Below, piece after piece: positions 28,705 through 40,915 of a DNA stretch of 60,000 bases. Origin of the DNA: Felis catus. Its lineage: Eukaryota. Positions within the stretch are counted from its first letter, which is position 1; every line of letters starts with the position of its first letter. The translations under genes were made by a program, and so were the position numbers. Under the pieces are notes generated by a model, which saw nothing but the letters and a program-made list of their open reading frames with translations, was not told where the DNA came from and ran no database searches. Location of the stretch: the NCBI RefSeq assembly GCF_018350175.1, contig NC_058368.1, positions 226,302,001 to 226,362,000 on the forward strand, written 5' to 3'.

Positions 28705-28902
28705 TATTTGTTTATTTATTTATTTATTTATGTTAAAGAGAATAGAAGTGGGTAAGAGGAGCAGAAGAAGAGAGAGAAAATCTTAAGCAGGCTCTATGAT
28801 CAGTGTGGAGCCTGATGTGGGCTTGATCCCATGACCCTGGGATCATGACTTGAGCTGAAATTAAGAGTCCAATGCTCAACCGACTGGGTCACCCAGGAAC
28901 TG
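28666..28902 (-). mobile_element. Older Can-SINE with a (TA)n tail, inserted in a MIR
   Basis: TSD taag(t/g)catagaactga(c/t)acttt at 28644-28665 and 28903-28924. The flanks resemble the MIR core. Confidence 0.82.
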
Positions 28903-30364
28903 TAAGGCATAGAACTGATACTTTTGATGCCAGGACTCTTGGGGACTCCATGACTCCAAGCCATCTCAAGAGATGGCAGTGAGCAACCATACTTTGGCCA
29001 TTGCTTCTTTGTTCCCACAAAATCATGAAGGAAGTAGTTACAGGAAGCAGTTGGTAATAGTACAGGGGATGCATGATGGTGACTAAGATGGCATTGTCAT
29101 AGCCACCATTCATACTTCTAGATCCCTCTGGACAAAAAATAGTAGCTGATGAACTATACTTCTCAGTCCTGTTATCATAACAAACACGAATAAAGGGACA
29201 CACCATCCATCAGTTCTTCTGACGTATATATGTCTGGCACCTGGATACTTGAGTCAGCAGTTAAACATCCTACTTTCTTCACTGAAAGGTTTGCATCTTT
29301 GCATGGATGGGTTCAACTGATATCTTGAGGAAAAATATCACCATGTACTTTCAAACAGAGATGAGAAGAGAACAGAAATAGGCCCTCATTTATCAAAGTT
29401 GGCCATTGGCATAATAGCATGGAAATATCTGGAAAAGCTCTGTCTGCAGCACATTTTGAAGATGGGAATAGAAGCTGAGTGTCACTAGCAACACCATCTT
29501 TGGATGCATAAATATTTATATCCCCTTGATGAAAAGGAAATACTACTCTAGTTTTTTTTCAAAGGAAGAGGGGAAGAAAAGGAAATATCTGCGTGTCTTT
29601 AGCTTATCTACAGAGGACAAATTTTTCCTGGTTCTGAATTTCTACCCACAGCCTCTCCCCATGCCCCCCACCCACCCCAACTTTATTAGACTGTAAGATC
29701 AAATTAGATGTTGGAAATGTTATTCGGGTATGGTTTCAGCAGAACTGTACTACTGCAAAAATCTTCTGGGCCAAATGTGCTCCTCTGTCTTTCTTTGGGA
29801 AAGCAAGAAGGATGTGTCAATAAGATGTACCATGAATATGACCTATGGCACCTGCATTTTAGGATCTCTCCCCAGACCACAGGAGAAGGTGTTATGCTCT
29901 TTACCAATCTGCAGGTTTAGAAAAGCAATTTAACATACACAGGGTTTTCAAACAATTTCAAAAGAGGAACAAAAGATGATAATTGGTGGGTTTGAGCCAT
30001 AAGGAATATGACCAACTGTGGCATTTTAGAACTGAGTGGAGAAGCACACACTTTGGGCCTTACAGGAAACATCTTGTCTTTGATACTTCCCTCTCCCTAT
30101 TAGCATTACCTTACCCCAGTAGGGTTCAGAACAGTGAATCGTTGATCCAGCCGACCGTGCTTTAGATACTTCCAGAAGTTCACTTGGAATGTAGCCAATA
30201 CCTTTAACATCATTGGGTTTTGTCACTATATTCCCTGTGTTCAGCTTCTGTGTGGTTTCTTGCCTTCAAACCAAATTGCAGACAATTACAGTTTGATCCC
30301 AATTATGAAAATATTGAAAGCTTTAGTTTTTATTCCTTTGTGAGAGGATATAATAGCAAATTAA

Positions 30365-30745
30365 TTAACTAGGACTGTCATAACTAAGTATGACAGATTG
30401 AATGGTTTCACAACAGAAATTTATTTTTTCATGGTTATGGAGATTAGAAGTCCAAGATCATGGTGACCACAGGGTTGTTTCTTCTGAGGCCTTCCTCCTT
30501 GGCCAGTATATGCCTATCTTCTCCCTGTATCTTCACATAGTCCTCCCTTTGTATTTGTCTATGTCCAGATTTCCTTTTCTTATAAGGACACCAGTTATAT
30601 TTGATTGTGGCCCAACCTAATGAACGCATTTTAACTTATTTACCTCTGTAAGAACTCTATTGCCAAATACAATCACATTCTGAGTTATTGTGGGTTAGGA
30701 CTTCAACACAGGAATTTTGTGATGGGAAGACACAATTCAGAACAC
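30365..30745 (-). mobile_element. MLT1-type MaLR solo LTR
   Basis: caacagaaatttatttt...agaagtccaagatca...tcttataaggacaccagt...gttaggacttcaaca...gacacaattca. Confidence 0.8.
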
Positions 30746-31840
30746 AAAAAATAGTATCCAAGTTGACTCAAAGGAAGAACGAATCTGAGTCATCTCTGGC
30801 TGGCTCCATGATTTTCAAAAAAGAACATATATAAAAGATAGCCTCCTTCTCAAGATACTGGAGGGGTCAGCTAAGAGTCCTTCATTTTCAGCAGTGCCAT
30901 TGGAACTGAGTGACAATGCTTATGTACGTGGACCTGAACTTTAGAGCTTGAGTCAAAAATCATTTGCTCTTGGCTGAAACTGTCATAATTTACTATTTAT
31001 TTGGAATATAAATCCTGCCTACTGCAAAAGGACTAGAGGGGGCATATAACTTTAAATATAATGAAAAAGAGAAGAGTAATCATACCAAATATAGAGAAAG
31101 AATAGATGTTACTAGTTGACCAGAAAGTGCTAAAGATTATAGTTTGGCCTTGATTATTTTCTGGATTTCCTGAAAACAAAAGAAGATAGAGAAATATACT
31201 GAGATATGTCAACTTCATGGACTATTAAAAGAAAGCAGACAAGCCTGCCTGCAGAGTCAATTTTTTTTTCTGGAACTAAACCCAAGGAGATATTTATTGC
31301 GTGAGACATTTTGCAGAGACCCTGAGTGAATTAAGAGTGTCAGATGTTGAATAAGGGGTAGTGGATCATAAAATAGGCAATGTCTTCAAAAAGGTTTAAT
31401 GAAAGTAATTATTTATAATAAAAATTGTAACTGACTTTCTTGTTCTAAGGGGAACATTTGGCATAATTCATAACTTTGGGGAAATAAAATCCTTCAGAAA
31501 CCCCATTTTCTCTGTGATACTTGAAGTGACTGCTAGTGGAAGAAAGGAATCTGGAGATACTGAATAAGCTACCTCATTACAGCAAGGCCTGGTACTGAGT
31601 CTTGGGACACGAAGTGCCGTGTCTAGACATGATCTTGGCTTAGGAGCTACAAAACTGAAAGACTTTCCAAAAAAAATGCAGAAGTTTCTTTCTTTTCTTT
31701 CTATTTCTGTCCTCCTCTTCCTCCTCCTTCTATTCCTGCGTTTCTCCTCTTGGCTCCCAAGAGACAAGGATTAGAAGAGGTAGTCCATACCATGGCTGGA
31801 TAACTAAAAGCTGAGTGGCTCTCAAAAATGGGATGGCAAA

Positions 31841-32061
31841 GGGGCGCCTGGGTGGCGCAGTCGGTTAAGCGTCCGACTTCAGCCAGGTCACGATCTCGCG
31901 GTCCGTGAGTTCGAGCCCCGCGTCAGGCTCTGGGCTGATGGCTCAGAGCCTGGAGCCTGTTTCCGATTCTGTGTCTCCCTCTCTCTCTGCCCCTCCCCCG
32001 TTCATGCTCTGTCTCTCTCTGTCCCAAAAATAAATAAAAACGTTGAAAAAAAAATTAAAAA
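31841..32061 (+). mobile_element. Young SINEC_Fc with perfect TSD
   Basis: Essentially consensus, with CpGs intact. TSD aaaaatgggatggca at 31824-31838 and 32062-32076. Confidence 0.96.
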
Positions 32062-32084
32062 AAAAATGGGATGGCATGGATCTG

Positions 32085-32620
32085 ATGTCGCCAGCCTCCA
32101 AGATAGCCTCCCAGTGATCCCTGCCGTCTGGAATTCATGGCTTTTGTAATTCCCTCCCACATTGTATCAGGGGCAGTCCGTGTGACCAATAGGATACACC
32201 AGAAGTGATGGCATGTCATTTTAAGACAAGGTCATTAAAAACATGTGGCTTCCTGCTTGCTATCTCTTACCCTCTTTCTTGGATCACTCACTCTGGGGGA
32301 AACCAGTTGTGTCATGAGCGGCCTCATGGAGCGGCCCATATGGCAAAGGCTTCCTGCCAGTAGCCATTGAATGAGATTATAAGTGGGTTCTCCAGCCTGT
32401 CAAGCCTTCAGATGACTACAGCCAGAGCCAATATCTTAACTGAGAGACCCTGAGCCAGAACCATCCAGCTGAACTACTCCCAAGTTCTGTGAGATGTAAA
32501 ACTTGTGACACAGTGTTGATACGGTTCTGTGACCCACAGAAAGTGTGAGATCGTAAATGTTTGTTGCATTGGATTGCCAAACATTGGGCTAATGTGTGAT
32601 CTGTAATAGGAAGCTAATAA
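32085..32620 (+). mobile_element. MLT1E/F-type MaLR LTR
   Basis: cagcctccaagat...gtgtgaccaatag...ccttcagatgactacagcc...gagaccctgagccagaac...gtgagat..taaatgtttgttg. Confidence 0.7.
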
Positions 32621-34060
32621 CAGAATTCAGTTGCAAATTGTTTGCATTGCTGCAGCGCACATACATTCTCTTTCCCGCTGGAATGCCGTCCCCCCAAAGA
32701 AGATTTCCCTAACCGTTCTATCTAAAATAACACCCCCACTCCCTTGGGTATGCACCCTACCCTTAATCTACTTTAGTTTTCTCTATAGTCCTTATCACCC
32801 AAGATATAACATTAAGTTTTGGTTTATTGCCTGCCTTTCTTTAAACAAAGTAAGTTTCACAGGCATAGAGAATCGTTTGCTCATTTCACAATTTTGGTAC
32901 CTAAGAAAGTGCTTGGTACATAATTGAAGCTCAGCAAATATTGGTTGACTAAGCTAAACGATTAACAAAGTCTGTGATAATCGTTGGCTTACAGTCCTGG
33001 GAAGAGCCGGTGCACCAGGGGAAACGGCTTGAGAGATGGCCAGAGGGAATCTGCTGAGTGCAGGGTCAGCCAGGATCCAAGGGAGGTTGACAGATGGAGG
33101 TGTCAAGTAGTCTCTGTGTGGCTTTCCAGAAATTTCCTTGGGAAGTGAACCAACCGGCAGTAGTGGCTCCAGAATTTCTATAAGGAGGTTTGGTTAAGAG
33201 ACAATCTGCTTGAGGATGAATTCTCGTAGCCTCTTAAGCAAGATTGAGAAAAGCCGAAGTGTCCATAACAAAGCAAGCGGTTTGACGGAGGGTTGGCTCT
33301 AGTCCTTCCATGTTGTTTTTGCTCCCAGCTGCCAGTGTGGAGAGGCGAATGGACAGCTCCCCGTGAACAGGAGGGGCCTTTGAAGTTTTTGTCAGGCAGA
33401 GAGCACAGGAAACACTACCTACTTTATTTTGTGGTCCTCATCAATAAATCTAGAGCATGTTTCAGTTTGCTTGGGGTGATCTTTGTTCTTTTTGTCTTTC
33501 CACCCACACCCAATCTGTAGGCAAACCCTTTTGGTGTTTTCTCTCTCCAACATATACCCAGAAGTTGACCACTTCTCATCACTTCCACCTCTGCCGCCCT
33601 ATTCCAAACCACCCTCATCTCTCACTCAGATTGTTCCAATGGTTTCCTAGCTAGCTTCCCTGCTTGTATCGTGGTGCCACTGTTAAAACACAAGGCCAGA
33701 GGCCACCCTTTAAAATATATCAAATCGTATTATTTATTCTGTTTGAAATTCCCTAGTCTCATTGGGAATAAAAGCCAAATTCCTTGCAATGGCACCAGCC
33801 TCACACAAGCTGTCCCCGTTACCTCTGGACCCCATCTGCCACCACCCTGCCCCACGCTTTCTGCCCCAGCCATGCTGGCCTCCTTGTACTTCCTGGAACA
33901 AGAAATAGGGCTCTTTGCTCTTGAATCAAGGCCTTTGCATTTGATTTTCTATGTGCCTGAAACATTCTTCGTACAGATGCCCACACTGCCTGTTTCCTAA
34001 CCCCCTTCAAGTCTTTTCTCCAATGTCACCTTTTCAGTGAAGACTTTTCCAATCATTCTT

Positions 34061-34268
34061 TTATTTTTATTTAGTTAAAAAAAATTTTTAGAGAGAGAAA
34101 GAGTACAAGTGGGGGAGAGGGGCAGATGGAGAGAGAGAGAGAGTTGTAAGCAGGTTCCATGCTCAGCATGGAGCCAGATATGGGGCTTGATCCCAAGACC
34201 CTAGGATCATGACCTAAGCTGAAATGTAGAGTCAGATATTCAACTGGCTGAGCCACCCAGGTGCCCCT
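34061..34268 (-). mobile_element. Older Can-SINE in L2
   Basis: Ends ...ctgagccacccaggtgcccc; flanked by atcattct repeats. Confidence 0.88.
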
Positions 34269-34571
34269 GATCATTCTAAAAATCAAAACCTTTCTACACT
34301 GCACTTCCCATCCTCCTTCCCTGCTTTATTCTAAACCACACAGAATCTCTCATCCTCATTGATATCCACATTGTCAACCACACACACACACACACACACA
34401 CACACAAATTCATTGATTTTATTTTATTATTTGTCTGCCGCTAATAGACAAGGGCTTTTCAAAATTTAATCTGAGGATTCTGTTAAAATGCATGGTCTGA
34501 ATCTTTAATATCCCAAATGTTGCTGATGCTGCTGACCCAAGAACCATGTACCAATAAGCAAGTTTCTAGAA

Positions 34572-35010
34572 CTGTGCTGTCCGATACAGCCTCACTCCAC
34601 ACGTTTCTTTATGTTAAAATTTACTAACATAAAATAAATTTATGTTTTATTTTTTTTAATTTTATTAATGTTGATTTATTTTTGAAAGAGAGAGAGAGAG
34701 GACAGAACATGAGTGGGGAGGGGCAGAGAGAGGGGGAACACAAAATCTAAAGCAGGCTCCAGGCTCCGAGCTGTCAGCACAGAGCCTGATGTGGGGCTCG
34801 AACTCACCAACCGTGAGATCATGACCTGAGCTGAAGTTGGACACTCTACCAACTGAGCCACCCAGGTGCCCCAACATTAAATAAAATTGAATATTCAGTT
34901 CCTCAGTCAGGGTAGCCACACCTCAGATCGTCACTAATCACATGTGACTAGTGGCTACCCTATATACAAGACAGCACAGATAAAAGAACATTTCATTACT
35001 ACTGGAGTTC
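34572..35010 (-). mobile_element. MER3 (hAT-Charlie) copy 1, interrupted by a Can-SINE at ~34642-34872
   Basis: ctgtgctgtccgatac...attcagttcctcagtc...cacatgtgactagtggctacc...acagcacagat...gaacatttc resembles reverse-complemented MER3. SINE TSD aacat(a/t)aaataaa. Confidence 0.75.
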
Positions 35011-35089
35011 AAATAGGTATCCCTGCCCTAAAACTACTCTATACGGTAGCCACATCTGACTATGTAAATGTAAATCAATCAAAATTAAT

Positions 35090-35154
35090 AAAATTTTTCT
35101 TTTTTTAAATTTTTTAGAAAGAGAGAGCATGCAAGAAGGGGAGAGGGGCAGGGG

Positions 35155-35194
<40 letters not shown>

Positions 35195-35554
35195 CCCAAG
35201 CAGGCTCTACACTCCATGTGGAGCCCAACATGGGAATCAATCCCACGACCCTGGGATCATGGCCTGAGCCAAAATTAAGAGTCACTCATCTGGGGCACCT
35301 GGGTGGCTCGGCTGGGCGGCCAACCTCAGCCCAGGTCATGATCTCACAGCTCGAAGTCTTGTGGGTTTGAGCCCCACATCGGGCTCTGTGCTGACAACTC
35401 AGAGCCTGGAGCCTGCTTCCGATTCTGTGTCTCCCTCTCTCTCTCCCCCTCCCCTGCTCATGCTATATCTCTCTCTGTCTCTCAAAAATAAATAAACATT
35501 AAAAAAATTAAAAACAAAAGAGTCACTCATCCAACTGAGCTACCCAGGCACCCC
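35090..35554 (-). mobile_element. Can-SINE (host) split by a younger opposite-strand SINE
   Basis: Body at 35090-35290 resumes at 35532-35554 (caactgagctacccaggcacccc). Confidence 0.88.
35292..35517 (+). mobile_element. Can-SINE nested in another SINE
   Basis: Perfect TSD aagagtcactcatc at 35277-35290 and 35518-35531. Confidence 0.93.
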
Positions 35555-37065
35555 AAAACGAAATAAAAAAAATTTTTTTCGAAATAAAATTTTTTAATGA
35601 GTTTTTTATTTCCATGAGTTGATTTCAAGCAGTCAGTAGCCACATGTGGCTAGTGACTGCTCCGGTGGACAGCAGAGATACGGAATATTTCTATCACCAC
35701 AGAAAGTCCCGTTGGACGGGATGGCTTTAGAATCCAAGCTCTATGAGGTCATGGACTTTTGTCTGTCTAGTTCACCGGCCCATCTCCAGTGGCTGACATG
35801 ATAGGATCCCTAGGCTGGCCTTCAAGAAATATTTGTTGATTTGAATCAAAATGCCATTTACATTTTGGTCTTCCCTGAATAGATGATGGGTGTCTTGAGG
35901 CAGGACTTGTGTTTGCTTTTCATTATGTCTCCAGCAGCTGTTGATGGAAGACCATCAGTCAACATTCACCGTATTGAATGTTCAGAATGCTTGAAACTTT
36001 CCAGCTCCTGAGGGATCAGTGTGTTTCCACGTGCGTATAGTTAACTGGGCACAGGTGGAGGCTCTCGTTTGTGACTTTAGTCTTTCTTCGTGGTCAGACA
36101 TGGGGAGGGCCTAAGGGCTGCTGCCTTCTACTCTTTTGGAGAGGAATTGCTCAAGTCCCTGGGCTGGTGCAAACTCCGATCTGAACAAATTACACCTAAC
36201 AGCCCCTCTCTTCCTGTGCGGTACTCCACATTCCCAGATGTGCCACCTAAAAAAAGAAAAAGGTACTTCATTCTGAAAAAGTAGCAACGTAAGACCTACA
36301 GCAAGTGTTTCTTTGATATCTTTGGACTATTTCATATCTTGAGTCCTTTAATTGTGCCTTTCCGTAATCAGATCTAACTGCTCTGTCCAAAAGAAAACAC
36401 TAAGAGGCAGCACATACAAAAATTTAGCTGTGTTCTTTGGAAATTATTTCCCTAGAATGCTGGCTATTTCTGATTATCAGTGGTATTCATCCAGCTATAT
36501 TTTTTTCCAGAAAAAAGTCTGGCTAGGGAATTTTAAAATCAGTACAAAAGACACATTTCACTACTACCACACTGGGAAAAAAATATTGTGTTTGGCCAAG
36601 AGGAGACTTTGGGATGCCACCAATAAATACCCTCATGTTCAGTCTTGGTAACCAGAACTGAGAAGGAAAATCAGGCCATGAAGTCCTGTCTGCATCCTAA
36701 TTCAGCTGGGTTATTTATCCCCTTGGCTTTCTCTTCCAGCATTTCAATTTTGTTGGCTGAGTCAAGCATCTTGTTTGTCCTCATTCCAGCATCGGTAGAA
36801 TATCTCTGTTCTTTTATTGTTTTTAGTTGGACAGATTGGCAAGATTTAGAGTGATTTTGACAAAAAGGGAGGGCAGATGCAATGCTCAATATTTTTGATA
36901 GATGCAGTTCTGTTGCTCTTTTGTTCTGGGCCTTGAAGCTAATGTGTCTCATGAAGCTAAATAAAATATGAAGCAAGTGAGTGTTTCAGGAACCCCGGAA
37001 ACTTTTATGAAATGGCATCAGTGCTGTGTACTCTGACTAAATATATACACATATGTGTATGTATA

Positions 37066-37219
37066 GGTATCTATCTATATCTTTCTATCTATCTATCTAT
37101 CTATCATCTATGTATCTATCATCTATCATTATCTATCTTCTATCTATCATCTATCTATCTATCTATCAATCATCTATCACTGTTTATCTATCTATCTATC
37201 TATCTATCTATCATCTATT
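37066..37219. repeat. Complex (TCTA)n/(TCA) tetranucleotide repeat
   Basis: ~150 bp of interrupted tcta units. Confidence 0.92.
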
Positions 37220-38282
37220 CTCTCTTGTGGGGGTCTGTAGGGTGAGGCTTTCTCTTAGTATGAGACCATATTGAAGTTCTGCTACCACGCAGACTTCTGT
37301 ATCAAGAGAAATGCTGAGGGACACATTAAGAATTTATTTCAGAAAGCCCCTTGGAGACATCCCGAATGCTGGACCAAGGTAAATCCAGGGACATTTGGAA
37401 ACAGTTAATACAGATTGGGGTAGTGGGCAGAGGCCTGAGGAAAGTTAGGAAAATGGTCGGCAAGTGGTTCTACTCTTTATTCGGATTCTGTGAAGTCACA
37501 GAGATGGTGGCTTAAAGCAGTTTTCTGGAGGATTAGGTGTTCAGATGTGCATAGATCCTACTGAGGTTAGCTGCCTGACACTCACTTGAAGCAGATTTAA
37601 GTTATTCCGATGCTAATGATATCTTGGAATATGATCAATGATATCTAGAGCTTTTCTACCACCCGGTCCGTGTCTGTTGCATCCATTACAACCCAAACAG
37701 AAGGGAAAGGTTTATTTTTCAGTTCTATAATGCGGTGGGAGCAGCGGGTATTACCATGACAAGGCAAACGGAAATGTGAAATCTCTAATCACGATCCTTT
37801 CGCCCGGAGCCAGAACACTTGCAAAGTGAAATGCAATGTTTTAAAAATTCAGCTATTTGTATTTCTAGTCCCTTACTGGACATATAGAAAGAATATATTT
37901 GGTCATGAAAGACATGACACGATACCTACAAACCCCTCATTCCTATGATGTTCTAGTAGAAAGAAAATGTTGTAAAGAACCCTGACACATTTCTCTAAGT
38001 GGCTTTTTGAAATTATTGAACCACATCTATTAGAGGGCTTATCTGTAGTTTTATAACAGTTTTCAAAAACTTGCTGTCACTCATCCTTTACCTGAGGGTC
38101 CCTGGATTCTAACAGCAACAAAATTTATCATTGTAAACGCTGCACCAGCAGGAACATCCACGTAAAAGAGGAGGAAATTATGAGTGATGAGTGAACATCT
38201 ACAGAGAGACCATGAAGTTTTTGGTTGGCTCCCAAGCCCCTCCCCCCCCAATTTGTTAAACGTATTGTTTATAGTTATGGAG

Positions 38283-38317
38283 TACACTTGATCTTAGCCA
38301 AAAGGCCGAGATGCGAT
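38283..38317 (-). pseudogene. 3'-truncated U2 snRNA retropseudogene (U2 nt 1-35)
   Basis: The reverse complement ATCGCATCTCGGCCTTTTGGCTAAGATCAAGTGTA matches the U2 5' end at 34/35. It is flanked by the direct repeat agttatgg(a/g)gta (38273-38284 and 38318-38329). Confidence 0.9.
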
Positions 38318-39428
38318 AGTTATGGGGTAATTAACTCTCTGCCTACAGTTTGGAATTCACCTGCCAGGAGTAGAGTGGACCTCTGTGGTCTTCCAGATTG
38401 AGGCTCTTTATTTTTCCAAGACCATCTCCAAAAATGTTCCATGTCCCTGACAAATTAACTTTTGTGCTCCAGCAGTGATATTTTCTTTTGGACACTGGGC
38501 TATCCACACTGAGTAATGTTGCCAAGATGGTCTTTGAAATCACCATAGACCCCCACAGGGACACGTCTCTGTCTGACAGTAGCAGACAACCCAAGAGTGG
38601 CCAAACCCATGTTGTGTGTACAACTAAAAACAAAAACAAACCCAAACCCAAACAAACAGGATAAAAAACATAGAGAACTCAAGCCTGAATTTCTATTTCA
38701 TCAGTTGCCACAGAAAATGTAATGGACAGGGCTATGCAAAAGGAGAGAAGTACATGAAATTAATCCCACTCAAAGTCAAGAAGGAGTAAGCTTTAAAAAA
38801 GTTTAAAAATTTGCATCTGCTATCACCCTAAGAATTACCAAAGGTGACTTAGTTTCAGCCAAGGGAGACTTTTAGCCAGATTTCCCCAAGACCGTTCTTG
38901 GATTTCAGCTACCGCCAGGGTTAACGTCGGGCTCCCAAGCCCTGGAGAGGAACTTTGCGATGGGGCAGCCTGATACAGTTCTTTGCGTTCAGAAAGTCGG
39001 GTAAGAAAGGTCACTTTTCTTCCTGGACGGGACAAGTTATTGGCTGTGAGCAGTTAGGCATTAGAGCCACAAGGCCAACGAAGTTAGCGTGAGGGAAGTT
39101 AAAAAAACAGAAACACTTCAGCACTGGAGAACGTGTGGCTTTTCTTTTTGTAAACGCAAAAGGAGTCCTTCCATAACTTGATCACCTTCAAGACTATTTT
39201 GCCACATGCATTTGGGATTAAACACTAGTTTGAAAAGGAAGGGAGGCTAAGGCTCTCCCCTGGCAGTGTTTGTATTTCCCATCGCCTTCCTCTGTGCACT
39301 ATTTTTAAAAGAAACATTACACACAGGAGCCCTAAGGCGATGGCACCGGTGAAACAATGCCAGCTTGGAAATCCGGAGGAGACTTTGGTTTTCATTATGT
39401 GAGCAAGAGGTCATTCATTATTTAAGTG

Positions 39429-39463
<35 letters not shown>
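39429..39463. repeat. (CT)n microsatellite
   Basis: Read directly from the sequence. Confidence 0.95.
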
Positions 39464-39468
<5 letters not shown>

Positions 39469-40878
39469 CTTTAAATCTACAGCCTTTTGGTCTCCAGCCT
39501 TCCAGTGCATCCATGGTCATTATTCTTTGGATATTTTTAAATTATGAACATAGAGCCAACTGGAGTCTCACAGTCCAACTTGCTAATGGAAAGCCTTTGT
39601 GGCACAGACGCCATTCATATAGATCAACTCTGTCGTAAATCACATATTGGCCTCTGTGGTTGTAATGAGAAAAAGAGAAATGGTGTGAATTCTCCCTCTC
39701 TGGTTTTCTTACTAAGAGCAGAATCTGTTCAGCAAAATGATCTCTTTAGGGGCTTTACTAAGTGGCCAGGGAGCATGAAAACCCAACACTTCTCACATTT
39801 CTTCATTATTAAGGGGAGGGATTGCAAAAATGAAGACTTGTACAGTTGAAATCCAATGCATTTGGGTAGTTATCCTGTAAGTATGAAAAACGTAGAAATC
39901 TACAAAGGTAATTATACCTACTTTGGTCTCCATCTCCAAAAGAAAGGCTTTGAGATAAAACAAGAAAGGCCATTTATCAGTTGTGACAGTTTTGTCCCGT
40001 TATCTACTTTCTCAGAAATGAAAAAGACCATGATAAGTTTGTTTAAATTCTCAGCGTAAATACCCATGAAGAATACATTATTGATGTGAAACCTGGAATT
40101 AAAAAAAAAAAAAAAAAACTTATAGAGGGTGGCTGTGTTCATTAGTGGTGGTAGAAGTTTGGAGAAAGAGGGAGTGCTGATGCCTGGTTAATCTTTGTAG
40201 TTAGAAATCTCTTTCCCTCTATCTTTTGCCTGCTTATCTGGAAATGGCCTTAATATGCCTTCTCAAACTCTGGAAGGCATTCGGGGCTCTGGAAAACCAC
40301 AAGGATGGCTGTGCCTCACTGCAGCGAAACAGACATTAAAAGCCACCGCCCTCGCATTTTCTGCTTGCTTCCGTCATTTGGTGAATTCTTACTGTGGCAA
40401 ATGATTTCACCTTCACAAGCCTGATAGTATTTGAGGTTTCAAAGAACCCATTCTCAGCGAATTTACAAACAAAATCAATTTCTTGCCAATTTTAATGGCT
40501 ACTTAATCAATTTTACTTGGGCCATCTGATATTTTTGCCATTACTGACACGGACTGGTTTGCAATAAAGGGGCATGGTAATTGAGAAGCCTCAATTACTC
40601 TGACCGGTCCCATCATAAACATGTAACAATTGGAGTGGTACCAAAGAACACTTATGTGGGCTGAAGAATCCAAGGATAACTGAGGGAAGGGGCTTCTAGC
40701 ATCCTCTCCCTGTGCTAGATTCTGGAGAGATCCTGACTGCAGGTTCTCAGGCACGTGGCTGTGCTTGAACTGTTACCATGTATGCTGTCTGGGAGGACAG
40801 TCAAGCTGGTTGAGGTTTGTCAGAGTTTGTTCGAGAAATTTTGTTGCAGGGTTGTTTTCACAGAACGTCCCCACTTTA

Positions 40879-40880
<2 letters not shown>

Positions 40881-40912
<32 letters not shown>
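40881..40912. repeat. (GT)n microsatellite
   Basis: Read directly from the sequence. Confidence 0.95.

Positions 40913-40915
<3 letters not shown>

Larger units (their letters stand above)
35025..35727 (-). mobile_element. MER3 copy 2, interrupted by a SINE-in-SINE
   Basis: atacggtagccaca...[SINEs]...tagccacatgtggctagtgactgc...ggacagcagagata..gaatatttctatcaccacagaaagt..gttggac. Confidence 0.75.
33480..35850 (+). mobile_element. L2 3' region, heavily interrupted by nested insertions
   Basis: L2-like text at 33500-34050 (ggcctccttgtacttcctggaaca...gcctttgca). It resumes at 34270-34440 and ends at 35730-35850 (aagctctatgagg...aaatatttgttga). Confidence 0.65.
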
